This document shows, one piece after another, positions 1 to 10,403 of a DNA stretch of 64,000 bases. The notes under the pieces were generated by a model. The model was given only the letters and a program-made list of their open reading frames with translations. It was not told the DNA's origin and ran no database searches. This DNA comes from an uncultured delta proteobacterium (GTDB lineage Bacteria > Myxococcota > Kuafuiibacteriia > Kuafuiibacteriales > Kuafuiibacteriaceae). The translations under genes were made by a program, and so were the position numbers. The stretch's first letter is position 1. Each line of letters starts with the position of its first letter. The stretch is from contig CAWDML010000001.1 of assembly GCA_963803435.1 (NCBI GenBank), positions 512,001 through 576,000 of the forward strand, written 5' to 3'.

Positions 1-1000
1 CGGGCAGGCAGACCAGACCCCGGGCGCGGCGTTTCCGGGCCAGTGGGAGTCCAAGGCTGCCCCCAGCGCCGCGCGCTGCAACCAGCTCGGCGGCGGGCCT
101 GGAGCCCCCTCGACGACCCCCATGCTCTACGCGTTCGGGGGCGTCGACGGCCTCAGCCAGCGCCTCGTCAACACGCGGCCGGGCGGCCTCCCCTCGTTCC
201 TCGCGCCTGCCAGCCACGCTGCCTTCGCCGCGCCGTTTCTCGCGCCCGAGACGGGAACCTCGGTGGCGGCGGCCGTGGGCGCCGGAGTGGCAGGGGTGCT
301 CTGGGCATACCTCCCCGGCCTGAGCGCGGGCGGCCTGATGGCCGAGCTCTGGGGTGCGTCGATCGACACGAGTGAAGTGCCGGACTTCTGTCGTGAGACC
401 CTCGCCTGTCCGAGCGTCTCGCGGCGCGTCTCGCTCTGCGAGGCGGTGATGGACGCGTGCGGCTCCGGGGCATGCACGAGCACGGCGGCCTGCGCGGATC
501 CGAATCGGGACGGGAGACCGACCGGTCTCGACTTCAGCACGCCCCTCCCTGTCGGCGCGCCGCAGACGTTCGTCAACAACGGCTACGTTCCCCAGTGCGG
601 CGCGAGGATCTTTTCCAAGAGCTCGATCCTGCCCAAGGATCCCTGCCCGTCACGCCAGTACTTCAGCCGCTACGGCGCGCCTTGGCTGCTGGCCCAGCCC
701 GACAGCATCGGCTGCCCGACCTGTGCGCTCCTGCGCCAGGCCGAGAACACCTCGGAGCTCAGGCTCGGGATCTCTCTCGACGTCCCCTACAAGCTCAGCG
801 CGCCCGCCGTCCGCGTCCAGGCGCCGGACGGCAGCGAGCGGGTCTTCGATCTGGACATCCCCTCCAGCCATCTGGTGCCGGGCGCGACAATCGAGGTCAC
901 CGACATCCCGGTGTCGGCAAGCCTGGTGGCGAAGGCGTCGATGGAGTTCGTTCTCGACGACCACTTCGTGAGCAGCGACGAGGTGCTCGTCGAGCCCTGA
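1..1000 (+). CDS. S8 (subtilase) family serine peptidase, C-terminal part (5' truncated by window edge)
   Basis: Frame open from the window start. GTSVAAAVGAGVAGVLW resembles the subtilase catalytic-Ser motif GTSMA; Cys-rich C-terminal extension; stop TGA at 998-1000. Confidence 0.65.
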   Translation, partial: GQADQTPGAAFPGQWESKAAPSAARCNQLGGGPGAPSTTPMLYAFGGVDGLSQRLVNTRPGGLPSFLAPASHAAFAAPFLAPETGTSVAAAVGAGVAGVLWAYLPGLSAGGLMAELWGASIDTSEVPDFCRETLACPSVSRRVSLCEAVMDACGSGACTSTAACADPNRDGRPTGLDFSTPLPVGAPQTFVNNGYVPQCGARIFSKSSILPKDPCPSRQYFSRYGAPWLLAQPDSIGCPTCALLRQAENTSELRLGISLDVPYKLSAPAVRVQAPDGSERVFDLDIPSSHLVPGATIEVTDIPVSASLVAKASMEFVLDDHFVSSDEVLVEP

Positions 1001-1003
1001 GGC

Positions 1004-4000
1004 TCAGTCGCGCTCGACGCGCTCGGGGGCCGCCATCGGATGGCCTGCGAAGGCGGCGAACGCGCGCCGCAGGTCCGAGCTCGGGAGCGTGCGCTCGGTG
1101 TGGGCGGGTGCGTCGGTGGGGATCGGCGCCAGCTTGTGCTTGCCCAGCTCGAGAATCGAGCGCCGGGACCTCGGCCGCCAGCAGCTTGCCCACGTCCTTC
1201 TGGACGTCGCCGAGCTCCCGGGTGAGGACGTCGATCCGCTTCAGCTGGTACTTGGCGGGACGTCCCTCCCAGATCATGAGCGCGCCGTAGAGAATGTCGG
1301 CGTGTTCGCGCAGGCGCTCCTCGCCGGTGATGGCGCCGCCCTCCTTGGTGGCGACGATCAGCTTCTTCAACTCCTCCAGCTTCTCGCTGAAGCTCTCCAG
1401 GCTCTTCTTCAGCTCGTCGGTCGGCTTCAGCTTGGAGGCATCGTCCAGCGCGACGTTCCTCGCCGTCTCGATGCGATCGACCAGACCGCTCATGGTTCCG
1501 AACAGACCGTGCACGCGCATCGCCGCGTCGAACTGCGCCTTCTTGTCGGCGAGCTTATAGGGCGCACGGCGATCGATCGCGATGTTGAGCTTGCTCTTCA
1601 GGACCTCCTTGCCCGAGGTGAGGCGCACCTCGTAGGTGCCGGGGAGGACGCGCGGGCCCTGGGTTCCGTTGAACGCGAGCTGCGCGGCGCGGGGGACGCG
1701 GGGCGGTGCGACGCGCGTGGTCCAGACGACCCGGTTGATCCCGCGGCGCTTGCTGGCCTGGACCGTGTCGAGCGGCTTGCCGTCGGCGCCGAGGATCTCG
1801 AGGGTGAGCGGCCCGAAGAGGTGGCGCGTGCGCTGGTAGTAGGCGATCGGCGCGCCGTTTTGTGGGTTCTGGCCGGTGAACTTGGCGTCGCCGTTCGCCC
1901 AGCCGCCGATCCCGAACATCCGCTGCTGCGCGGGGCGCGTGGGGAGGAACGCCACCGATTCGGCGAGCAGCGCATCCGAGAGCGCGCGCAGGGGTGAGAG
2001 GTCGTCGATGATCCAGATGCCGCGCCCGTGCGTGCCGATCACGAGGTCGCCGGCGCGCGGCTGCACCGCCAGATCGCGGACCGAGACGCTGGGGAAGTCG
2101 TTGCCCTTGAACTCGGCCCAGCGCTTCCCACCGTCGGCGGTGATGAAGAGCCCGAGCTCAGTGCCGACGAAGAGGATCGACGGCTTGACCGAGTCTTCCT
2201 TGATCACGTTCGCGTAGCCGCGCAGCTGATCGGGCCCGGCGATGCGGGTCCAGCTCTTGCCGTAGTCGGTGGTCTTGAAGACGAACGGGGTCAGATCGCC
2301 GAACGTGTGGCGGTCGAACGTCGCGTAGGCGGTGGCAGCGTCGAAGCGGCTCGCCTCCACCGACGAGACCCAGGAGGCCGGCGGCAAGTCCGGGACGTTC
2401 TTCACCACGTTCGTCCAGGTCTTGGCACCGTCGCGGGTGACCTGGAGGTTGCCGTCGTCGGTACCGACCCAGATCACCCTGCCGTTCTTCGGCGACTCGC
2501 TGATCGAGTAGATGGTGGTGTGCATCTCCGCCGAGGAGTTGTCGACGGTGATACCGCCCGACTCCTCCTGCTTCTGCTTCTCCGGATCATTGGTGGTGAG
2601 ATCGGGCGAGATGCGCTCCCAGGTGTCGCCGCGATCGCGGCTCCTGAAGAGGAACTGCGCGCCGATGTAGACGATGCCCTTGGCGTTGGGGCTCAGCGCG
2701 ATCGGCGTGTTCCAATTGAAGCGCAGCTTCTCGTGGTAGTCCGCCTTCGGCTGGATGTCCCGGAGCGCCCGCGTGGTGCGATCGATCCGCGCCACGTAGC
2801 CGCCCTGCGACTCGGCGTAGACCGCGTTTGGGTCGGTGGGATCGGCGAGCGTGACGAAGCCGTCGCCCCAGAACACCGGGTCCCAGCGATCGTTGGTGAT
2901 GCCGCCCGGGTACTCGGAGTCGCCCACCCACGAGCTGTTGTCCTGGAGACCGCCGTAGACGCGGTACGGATCGTGATCGTCGACGCTCACGTGGTAGAAC
3001 TGCGAGATCGGCAGGTTGTCCGTCTTCCACCAGCGGCTGCCGCCGTCGTGCGAGATCCAGAGCCCTCCGTCGTCGCCGCCGATGATGTGCTGCGTGTTGT
3101 CGGGATCGATCCAGAGATCGTGCCAGTCGCCGTGCGAGTTGTTGCCGGCGGCGCTGGCGAAGCTCTTGCCGCCGTCCTCGCTGACCACCAGCGTGAGGTT
3201 GGGCTTGAAGATCCGGGCCGGGTTCTTCGGATCGATGATCAGCCGCGCGAAGTAGAAGGGACGCCAGACCATGTTGCGGCTCTGGTCGCGCGCCTCCCAG
3301 GTCTTGCCGCCGTCGCCCGAGTAGAAGAGCGCGGAGTCCTTCCCTTCGATGAACGCGTAGACGATGTTGTCGTTGGAGGGCGCGTACACCACCTCGACGC
3401 GGCCCCACGGCTTCTCCGGCAGACCCTTGGCGCTCTTCTCGGTCAGCTCGGTCCAGGTCTTGCCGCCGTCGGCGGAGCGGAAGAGACCGCTCCCGCTGAA
3501 GGCCTCGGGGCCGTCGCCGCCGGAGCGGAAGGTCCAGCCCTTGCGGCGGAAGTCCCAGAGCCCGGCCAACAGCACGTCCGGATTCTTGGGATCGAGGCTG
3601 ATGCCCGAGCAGCCGGTCGAGGCGTTCGGGCCCTTCAGCACCAGCGTCCAGCTCTTGCCGCCGTCGACCGTCTTGTAGAGGCCGCGGTCGGTGCTGTCGC
3701 TCCACAGCTTGCCCGGCACGCAGGCGTAGACGATGGCGCTGTTCCGCGGATGGACCACGATCTTCACGATGCGCTCCGAGTTGGGGAGGCCCACGTTCTT
3801 CCAGCTCTCGCCGCCGTCCGTCGACTTGTAGATGCCGTCGCCGATGGAGACGGAGTTGCGGGTCCAGGGCTCGCCGGTGCCGGCCCACACAATCTTGTGG
3901 TTCGAGGGATCGACCGCGAGCGCGCCGATCGACTGGACCGTCGCCTTGTCGAAGGTCGGCTTGAACGTGGTCCCACCGTCGATCGACTTCCACACCCCGC

Positions 4001-4962
4001 CGCTGGCCGAGCCGACGAAGATCGTGGTCTTGCCGCCCTCGTTGTAGGCGGCCACCGCCGCCACGCGGCCGCTCATCGCCGCCGATCCGATGTTGCGCGC
4101 GCCCAGCCCACTCACCACGCCCGAGTCGAAGCGGACGGCGCTCTCGGCCGGTGGCGCGGGCGGCGTCGAGCTCCCCGGCAGCACCGTCACCGCCGCCCCG
4201 GTGGGCGGCTTGATCGCGACGCCCTTCTTCGGGAAGGCGAAGGTGGCCTCGTCGAGCCCGAAGTTCGCCTCGGCCTTCTCCACGATGCGCTTCTGATCCT
4301 TCGGCATCCCCTTCGGTCCCGTCTCGATCGAGAACGGGATCCAGACGCCGGCCACGTTCTCGTAGTCGCCGAGATCCGTCTCGGTCACCGTCTCGGCGCC
4401 GCGCACCAGGTTGTGGGTCTCGATGCGGATGATCAGGTAGTAGTCCGGATCGAGGAAGACGTACTGCACGTCACCGCTCTTCCGCTGCACCTTGATCTTG
4501 TGCGCGGGCGTCCCGTCGACGTCCTCCGTCCCCAGGTACTCCAGCGTGAAGCCCTTCTCCTGGGACGCGGCCAGCGGCCCCGCCAGCTCTGCCTGCTGCT
4601 CGAGAATCCTTGGCATCGTCGACCGACATGTGCTCGGCCTCCCTCCGCCCCTCGAACGGCTGGATCGACCACCCCTCCTTCCCATCGTAGGTGGAGACCG
4701 CCGTCAGGCCCTGGAGCGACGCCTCCTCCCGCACCTTGCCCGGGCGCTCGAGGACGCGCATCCAGCCCAGGTTGAAGACGAAGTCTCCCTGGCCGAACGT
4801 GACCCGCCCGGTGAGGCGCAGCGACTTCAACGCCGCCAGCTTCTCCTTCCCACCCAGCGCCTGCACGTGCCGCTCCACGAGCGACCGCGCGTCGAGCGCG
4901 TAGCCGGTCGCGCTCTCACCCACGACGAGAAGACCGATCAAAGCTCCGATTGGAAGACGCAT
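1004..4962 (-). CDS. Secreted VPS10/sortilin-like BNR (Asp-box) beta-propeller protein with N-terminal LolA-like domain; two apparent +1 frameshifts (~4605, ~1155)
   Basis: Signal peptide MRLPIGALIGLLVV; many SxDGGxTW Asp-boxes; ARNIGSAAMSGRV start of propeller. Removing one T at each GATTCT joins ORF 4471..4980 to 897..4685 and ends the protein ...PERVERD* at 1004. Confidence 0.8.
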
Positions 4963-5078
4963 CGGGGCGCGTTGTCGCACTCCCGATCTTTGCGATCAAC
5001 GCAGGCCGCCCCTGGCACCTCCGAACCCTGCCGGAGTGAAGGACTTGCGGGCGAGTTCGAAAGATCGCCGGCGTGGGC

Positions 5079-6671
5079 TCAGCGCTTCCGGACGCGGGAG
5101 AGGATCGCGCGGGCCTGGTCGAGGCCGAAGAGGATCCCGGCGGCGAAGTAGACCAGGCCGAAGGTGGCGACGGTGGCGAGACCCTGGATGATCGGCTGCT
5201 GGATCGGGAGCGTGTGATGAACGGCGAAGGCGCTGCCGCCGGCGAGGGCGGCCGCGGCCCAGATGCGGGCCTCGCTCGACCAGTCGCGGGGCATGTGGCC
5301 GATGCGCCGCTGGAGCGCGCGGGACAGGAGGAGAAACTCGATCCAGGCGGCGACGCCCGCGCTGGCGGTGAGGCCGGCGGCGGAGAGGAGCGGAGGCCAG
5401 CCAAACTGTGCGGGCAGCGGGACGACCACGGCCCAGCCGAGGAGCGCCGTGAGCGAGACCCGGACCACGGCGAAGCGGAGCGGCGTCTTGGTGTCGGAGA
5501 AGCTGTAGAACGCAGACGAGAGGAGCCTGCCCTGCGTGGTGGCGAAGAGGCCGATCGTCGAGCCGGCGAGGATCGCCCAGACCAGGTGCGTGTCCTCGGC
5601 GCGGAAGCGGCCGGTCTGGTAGAGGAGCGCGACGATCGCGTCGCCGATCGCCAGGAAGGCGACCACCGACGGGATGACGAAGAAGCCCATCCTCAGGCGG
5701 GCCCCGGAGATCCGATCGCGGAGCTGGGCGTTGACGACCTCGGTGTCGCCGACGACCGAGGACATCTCGGGGAGCTCGGCAGCCGAGATGGCCATCCCGA
5801 ACAGAGAGATCGGGAGCAGGTAGAGCTGCTGCGCGTACGAGATCGCGGAGACCACCGCCGCGCCCAGATAGCTGGCGAGGATCTGATCCACGAACGCGCT
5901 CACCTGGACGACGCCGCGCGCCAGAATCACCGGGCCGAAGCTCGAGAAGACCTGCCGCACCGGCGGGATGCGAAACGCGAACGAGAGGCCGAAGCCGTGG
6001 AGGGATCGGATCGTGGGCGGGAGCTGGACCAGCAGCTGCAGCCCCGCGCCCGCGACCGTGCCCCAGGCCAGCGCGTGGGTCAGTCGAACGCCGGCGTCCG
6101 GTGTGGCGGCGGTGAGCTGGAGCCCGACCGTCACCAGCGCTGCGATCTGGGCGGCGTTCCAGAGCACGGGCGCGACGTAGGAGAGGAAGAAGCGCCGGTG
6201 GCTATTCAGCACGCCGAGGCACCACGCCGAGAGGACCAGGAGGCCCACGCCCGGGAAGATGATCTCGACGAGCTGGATGGTGAGCGCGCGGACCTCGCCC
6301 TCGAAGCCCGGCGCGATCAGGTCGATCAGCACCGGTGCGACGCCGACGCCGAGCGCGACCGCCAGCGCCATCACCAGGAGGAGCGCCGTGAAGACGACGC
6401 GCGCGACCTGGTTCGCCTCCTCCTCGTGACCCTCGGCCCGAAGACGGCTGTAGACGGGGATGAACGACGCCGAGAGGACGCCCTCGCCGAAGAGGTTCTG
6501 GAGCAGGCTCGGGATCCGGATCGCGGCCTTGAAGGCGCCGGCGGCATCGGAGTTGCCGAGGTAGTAGGCGAGCACGCGCTCGCGCACGAGGCCGGCCAGG
6601 CGCGACAGGAGGATCCCCGCGCCGACCGCCAGCGCGGCGAACCGCGGTCGTTTGCTCTCGGTCTTCGTCAT
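5079..6671 (-). CDS. murJ: Lipid II flippase MurJ (MviN)
   Basis: SRLAGLVRE, RIPSLLQNLFGEGVLSASFIP and QQLYLLPISLFG motifs; many TM helices. Confidence 0.92.
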   Translation of the reverse strand: MTKTESKRPRFAALAVGAGILLSRLAGLVRERVLAYYLGNSDAAGAFKAAIRIPSLLQNLFGEGVLSASFIPVYSRLRAEGHEEEANQVARVVFTALLLVMALAVALGVGVAPVLIDLIAPGFEGEVRALTIQLVEIIFPGVGLLVLSAWCLGVLNSHRRFFLSYVAPVLWNAAQIAALVTVGLQLTAATPDAGVRLTHALAWGTVAGAGLQLLVQLPPTIRSLHGFGLSFAFRIPPVRQVFSSFGPVILARGVVQVSAFVDQILASYLGAAVVSAISYAQQLYLLPISLFGMAISAAELPEMSSVVGDTEVVNAQLRDRISGARLRMGFFVIPSVVAFLAIGDAIVALLYQTGRFRAEDTHLVWAILAGSTIGLFATTQGRLLSSAFYSFSDTKTPLRFAVVRVSLTALLGWAVVVPLPAQFGWPPLLSAAGLTASAGVAAWIEFLLLSRALQRRIGHMPRDWSSEARIWAAAALAGGSAFAVHHTLPIQQPIIQGLATVATFGLVYFAAGILFGLDQARAILSRVRKR

Positions 6672-6747
6672 CTCGAGGCGGAAGAGACCACTCGACGAAA
6701 GGGGCGAGCCATGCGGGTGAAGGGGGACTAGCCTATCGGCGGCGGGT

Positions 6748-8013
6748 ATGTCGACCGAAGCTCTCTTCGCGCGGGGTCAGATGGCGTACTCCCTGGGCTT
6801 TCACATCGTCTTCGCGGCCGTGGGAATCGGTATGCCGCTCTTGATGGTGATCGCGGAGATCCTCTGGCGGCGAACCCAGGAGCCGGAGTACCTGGCGCTG
6901 GCTCGCCGCTGGACGAAGGGCACGGCGGTCTTCTTCGCGGTGGGTGCGGTGTCGGGCACGGTCCTCTCGTTCGAGCTCGGGTTGCTGTTCCCTCACTTCA
7001 TGGCGAACGCAGGGGCGGTGATCGGGATGCCCTTCTCCCTGGAGGGGTTCGCATTTTTCACCGAAGCGATCTTCCTCGGTGTCTACCTGTACGGCTGGGA
7101 CCGGGTCCGGCCTTCGCTGCACCTGCTGTCCGGCGTGGCGGTGGCCGTGAGCGGGCTGCTCTCGGCGGTGTTCGTGACCATCGCGAATGCATGGATGAAC
7201 GCGCCCCGCGGATTCCGCGTGGTGGACGGCGCGTTCACCGACATCGATCCGCTGGTGGCGATGACGTCGCCGTTCGTGGTCCACGAGGTCCTTCACACGG
7301 TGCTGGCCTCGTACCTGGCCACCACGCTGGCCGTCGCGGCGATCCATGCGTGGGCGTGCCTCTCGAGCCCGAGCTCGACGTTCCACCGGAGGGCCCTCGG
7401 GATCGCGCTCGCGGTCACGATCCCATGCGCGCTGGCGCAGCTCCCGGTGGGCCACTTCGCCGGTCACCAGGTCGCGGAGATGCAGCCGTTGAAGATGGCG
7501 GCGATCGAGCACCTCGAGAAGACGACCCGCCACGCCCCGCTGGTGGTGGGGCCGGTCGAGATCCCGGGCGGTCTCTCGTTCATGGCGTTCGGAGACACCG
7601 ACGCCGAGGTTCGCGGTCTCGACGCCTTTCCGCTCGCCGATCATCCTTCCTCGATCGTGCGGCTCGCGTTTCAGATCATGGTCGGGCTCGGCTCGCTGGG
7701 CGCGCTCTACGCGCTGGTCTCGCTGGTCTGGTGGATCGCGCGCCGCCGGCTGCCCGCAGCGCGCGGGTGGTTGCTCGCGACGATCGCGCTGGGACCGTCG
7801 GGCGTCCTGGCGATGGAGGCGGGCTGGACGGTGACCGAGGTGGGCCGGCAACCCTGGATCGTCTACGGGGTGATGCGCACCGCCGACGCGGTGACGCCGG
7901 TGCGAGGCCTGTGGTTCCCGTTCGTGAGCTTCGCGGTGGTCTATCTCCTGCTCGCGGTGGTGGTGACGATCGTGCTGATCCGCCAGGTGCGCGAGGCGGG
8001 CGGAGGCCGGTGA
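6748..8013 (+). CDS. cydA: Cytochrome bd ubiquinol oxidase subunit I
   Basis: FHIVF, FAVGAVSGTVLSFE, QPLKMAAIE and GWTVTEVGRQPW motifs. Confidence 0.95.
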   Translation: MSTEALFARGQMAYSLGFHIVFAAVGIGMPLLMVIAEILWRRTQEPEYLALARRWTKGTAVFFAVGAVSGTVLSFELGLLFPHFMANAGAVIGMPFSLEGFAFFTEAIFLGVYLYGWDRVRPSLHLLSGVAVAVSGLLSAVFVTIANAWMNAPRGFRVVDGAFTDIDPLVAMTSPFVVHEVLHTVLASYLATTLAVAAIHAWACLSSPSSTFHRRALGIALAVTIPCALAQLPVGHFAGHQVAEMQPLKMAAIEHLEKTTRHAPLVVGPVEIPGGLSFMAFGDTDAEVRGLDAFPLADHPSSIVRLAFQIMVGLGSLGALYALVSLVWWIARRRLPAARGWLLATIALGPSGVLAMEAGWTVTEVGRQPWIVYGVMRTADAVTPVRGLWFPFVSFAVVYLLLAVVVTIVLIRQVREAGGGR

Positions 8014-9002
8014 TGCCCGGGCTCGCGGACCTCCTGGCGCTGGTCATGCTGGTGTCGCTGATCCTCTACGCGCTCCTGGCCGGCGCCGACTTCGGAGGCG
8101 GCGTCTGGGATCTGGTCGCGACGGGGCCGCGACGGAGCGAGCAGCGGACCGCGATCGTGCACGCGATCGCGCCGGTCTGGGAGGCGAACCACGTCTGGCT
8201 GATCCTGGTGGTGGTCATCCTCTTCACCGCCTTCCCGCCGGCGTTCGCCGCGATCTCGATCGACCTTCACGAGCCGCTGATCCTGATGCTGCTCGGGATC
8301 GTCCTCCGCGGATCCGCCTTCGTCTTTCGGCAGTATGGCGGCGGCGGCGCCCGCGACGAGGAGACCTGGGGCCGCGTCTTCGCCGTCGCCAGCACGGGCA
8401 CGCCGATCTTCCTCGGGATCATCATCGGCACGCTCACCAGCGGAGGGCGCTGGTACTCGGCCTTCCCCATCTTGATCGGACTCTTGACGCTGGCGCTGTT
8501 CGCCTTCCTGGCTGCGGTCTATCTCTCGAACGAGGCCGAGGGCGCGGTCGCCGAGGACTTCCGGAGGCGGGCGCTGATCGCGGGGGTCGCGGTCTTCGTC
8601 TTCGCGCTGGCCGGCGGGCTGGCAGCGGGGCCCGGCGCCAGGCACTTCCTGGTGCGGCTGATCGGATCCTGGTGGAGCTGGCCGCTCCAGATCGCCACCG
8701 GGCTCGCCGCGGTGATCGCGTTCGCGGCGTTGCTGCGCCGGCAGCCGGGGCTGGCGCGGATCGCAGCGATCGCGCAGGTCACGCTGATCCTGGCCGGCTG
8801 GGGCGCCGCCCAGTATCCGGTGCTGGTCGCGCCCTCCCTGACGATCGCGAAGGCGGCCGCACCGCCCGCGACGCTCGAGCTCCTGGTGCCGACGCTCGTG
8901 GCGGGCTCGGTGGTGCTGTTCCCGTCCCTCTACTGGATGATGCGGGTCTTCAAGCTCAGTACTGCACGTACTCGGGACGCTCGTGGGTCACGAACGCCTT
9001 GA
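8013..9002 (+). CDS. cydB: Cytochrome bd ubiquinol oxidase subunit II
   Basis: ATG overlaps the cydA stop (TGATG); GADFGGGVWDL, APVWEANHVWLI, LRGSAFVFR. Confidence 0.93.
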   Translation: MPGLADLLALVMLVSLILYALLAGADFGGGVWDLVATGPRRSEQRTAIVHAIAPVWEANHVWLILVVVILFTAFPPAFAAISIDLHEPLILMLLGIVLRGSAFVFRQYGGGGARDEETWGRVFAVASTGTPIFLGIIIGTLTSGGRWYSAFPILIGLLTLALFAFLAAVYLSNEAEGAVAEDFRRRALIAGVAVFVFALAGGLAAGPGARHFLVRLIGSWWSWPLQIATGLAAVIAFAALLRRQPGLARIAAIAQVTLILAGWGAAQYPVLVAPSLTIAKAAAPPATLELLVPTLVAGSVVLFPSLYWMMRVFKLSTARTRDARGSRTP

Positions 9003-9591
9003 CGCTGGGACGATCCCAGATCCGGTCCGCGAAGTCGGACAGGCGGGCCGGCACCGGGTCGCCGTTCTTGTGGAGCCGCTGCAGCATCATCGCGAGGTCG
9101 GCGTCGGCGATCGAGAAGGCGCTGAAGATCGTGGGCCGATCGTGCGCCAGCAGCGCGCTCGCCACCTCGATCAGCTTCTCCGCGGCGCTCCGTCCCTGCG
9201 GGCTCAGGGGGGTGTGGGTCGGGGCGTAGAAGACCGTGGTGGTGGAGCGCTCCTCGCGGATCGGCATCAGATCGCTCCGCACCCAGGCCATGATCTGCCG
9301 GGCCCGCGCCTTGTCCTTCGGATCAGTGGGAAGGATGTGGGGTCCCGGAAAGACGTCCTCGACGTATTCGACGATGGCGCTCGATTCGGCCAGGCAGAAG
9401 TCACCGTGGCGCAGCGAGGGCACCCGGGCGGTGAGCGTGCGGCTTCGATAGTCGGCGCTCGTCTGCTCCTTGCGATCGAGGCCGATCGTCTCGACCGAGA
9501 ACTCCAGCTTCTTCTCGGAGAGCGCGACGAACGCGGAGAGCGCGTAGGGGCTGATCCAGAACCGGTCGACGGTGAGGGAGAGCTCGCTCAT
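8956..9591 (-). CDS. Glutathione S-transferase (YfcF-like)
   Basis: ISPYALSAFVAL, RVPSL, ESSAIVEY, FSIADADLA. Confidence 0.88.
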   Translation of the reverse strand: MSELSLTVDRFWISPYALSAFVALSEKKLEFSVETIGLDRKEQTSADYRSRTLTARVPSLRHGDFCLAESSAIVEYVEDVFPGPHILPTDPKDKARARQIMAWVRSDLMPIREERSTTTVFYAPTHTPLSPQGRSAAEKLIEVASALLAHDRPTIFSAFSIADADLAMMLQRLHKNGDPVPARLSDFADRIWDRPSVKAFVTHERPEYVQY

Positions 9592-9734
9592 GGTCGCGCA
9601 GCCTCCGTCGAGCGGAGAGCGGAAGCAATCGCCGACCTCGGAACACCGGTCTCGATGTGGCGCCTCGGGCCGGCGGCCCGGTCGTTCGGCGAGCGGACCG
9701 CTCGTGGTACGTCACCTGCACTGTTGATCGCTCC

Positions 9735-10403
9735 ATGTATGCGCATGGAGTGCCGGAGCCGGATGCCGATCGGATGATCTCGGGGTTCGCCTGGAGACGC
9801 CGCCTCCGCAACCTGTTCGCGGCGGTGTGCGGCTTTGCGGTCCTCGCCCTCTTGATGGCGCTGCTCTTTCGCGTGGAGCTCCCGAGCTTGGACTGGGTCT
9901 CCCGCTCGGCGCGGGTGCTCACGGAGCCGCCCGCGGCCGTGCCGGTCGCAGCGCCCGTGGCCTCGCCGCTCGACGCCGGCGTCCCGAACCTGGATGCGTC
10001 GGTGCCGGACCCAGACGCCGGGGTCGAGGGCCAGCCCGACGCGGCGCCCAGCCTGACCGGGATGGAGCACGCGCATCGCCTGCTCCGCCGGGGCGATCCC
10101 TGGAAGGCGCTGCTGGCGTTCGAGGTGGAGAGCGATCGACGGCCTCGCTCCCCCGAGCCGCTGTACTGGATGGGCGTCTCGTACGTCCGCCTGGGGAACT
10201 ATCTGGCCGCGCAGACGCAGTTCCGCCGGGCCCTCCAGCTCGATGCGCGGCACGTCGCGTCGATCTACGGCCTCGCGGACGCGCTCCGACTCAGCGCGGA
10301 CACCAAGGAGGCGGCCATCTGGTACCGCCGATATCTGAAGCTGGCGCCGAGGGGACGCTACCGTGCGGTCGCGTCGAGGGCGGTGGCCGCCTTCGGGGGC
10401 TGA
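9735..10403 (+). CDS. Membrane-anchored TPR protein (start uncertain)
   Basis: One TM segment, Pro/Ala-rich DAG linker, C-terminal TPR motifs (YWMGVSYVRLGNY; YRRYLKLAP). Confidence 0.7.
   Translation: MYAHGVPEPDADRMISGFAWRRRLRNLFAAVCGFAVLALLMALLFRVELPSLDWVSRSARVLTEPPAAVPVAAPVASPLDAGVPNLDASVPDPDAGVEGQPDAAPSLTGMEHAHRLLRRGDPWKALLAFEVESDRRPRSPEPLYWMGVSYVRLGNYLAAQTQFRRALQLDARHVASIYGLADALRLSADTKEAAIWYRRYLKLAPRGRYRAVASRAVAAFGG

Noticed and set aside
2028-4775. 915-aa plus-strand ORF and many similar long overlapping ORFs (e.g. 5073..6731, 20213..22978, 58108..60636, 61242..63545)
   Set aside because: Antisense or off-frame shadows of real genes. High GC3 suppresses stops, and the translations are Arg/Gly/Pro-rich with no motifs.
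5010-5070. TGGCAC as a sigma54 promoter and a nearby GTTCGA hairpin as a tRNA fragment
   Set aside because: No TTGC at the correct spacing, and no cloverleaf can be drawn.
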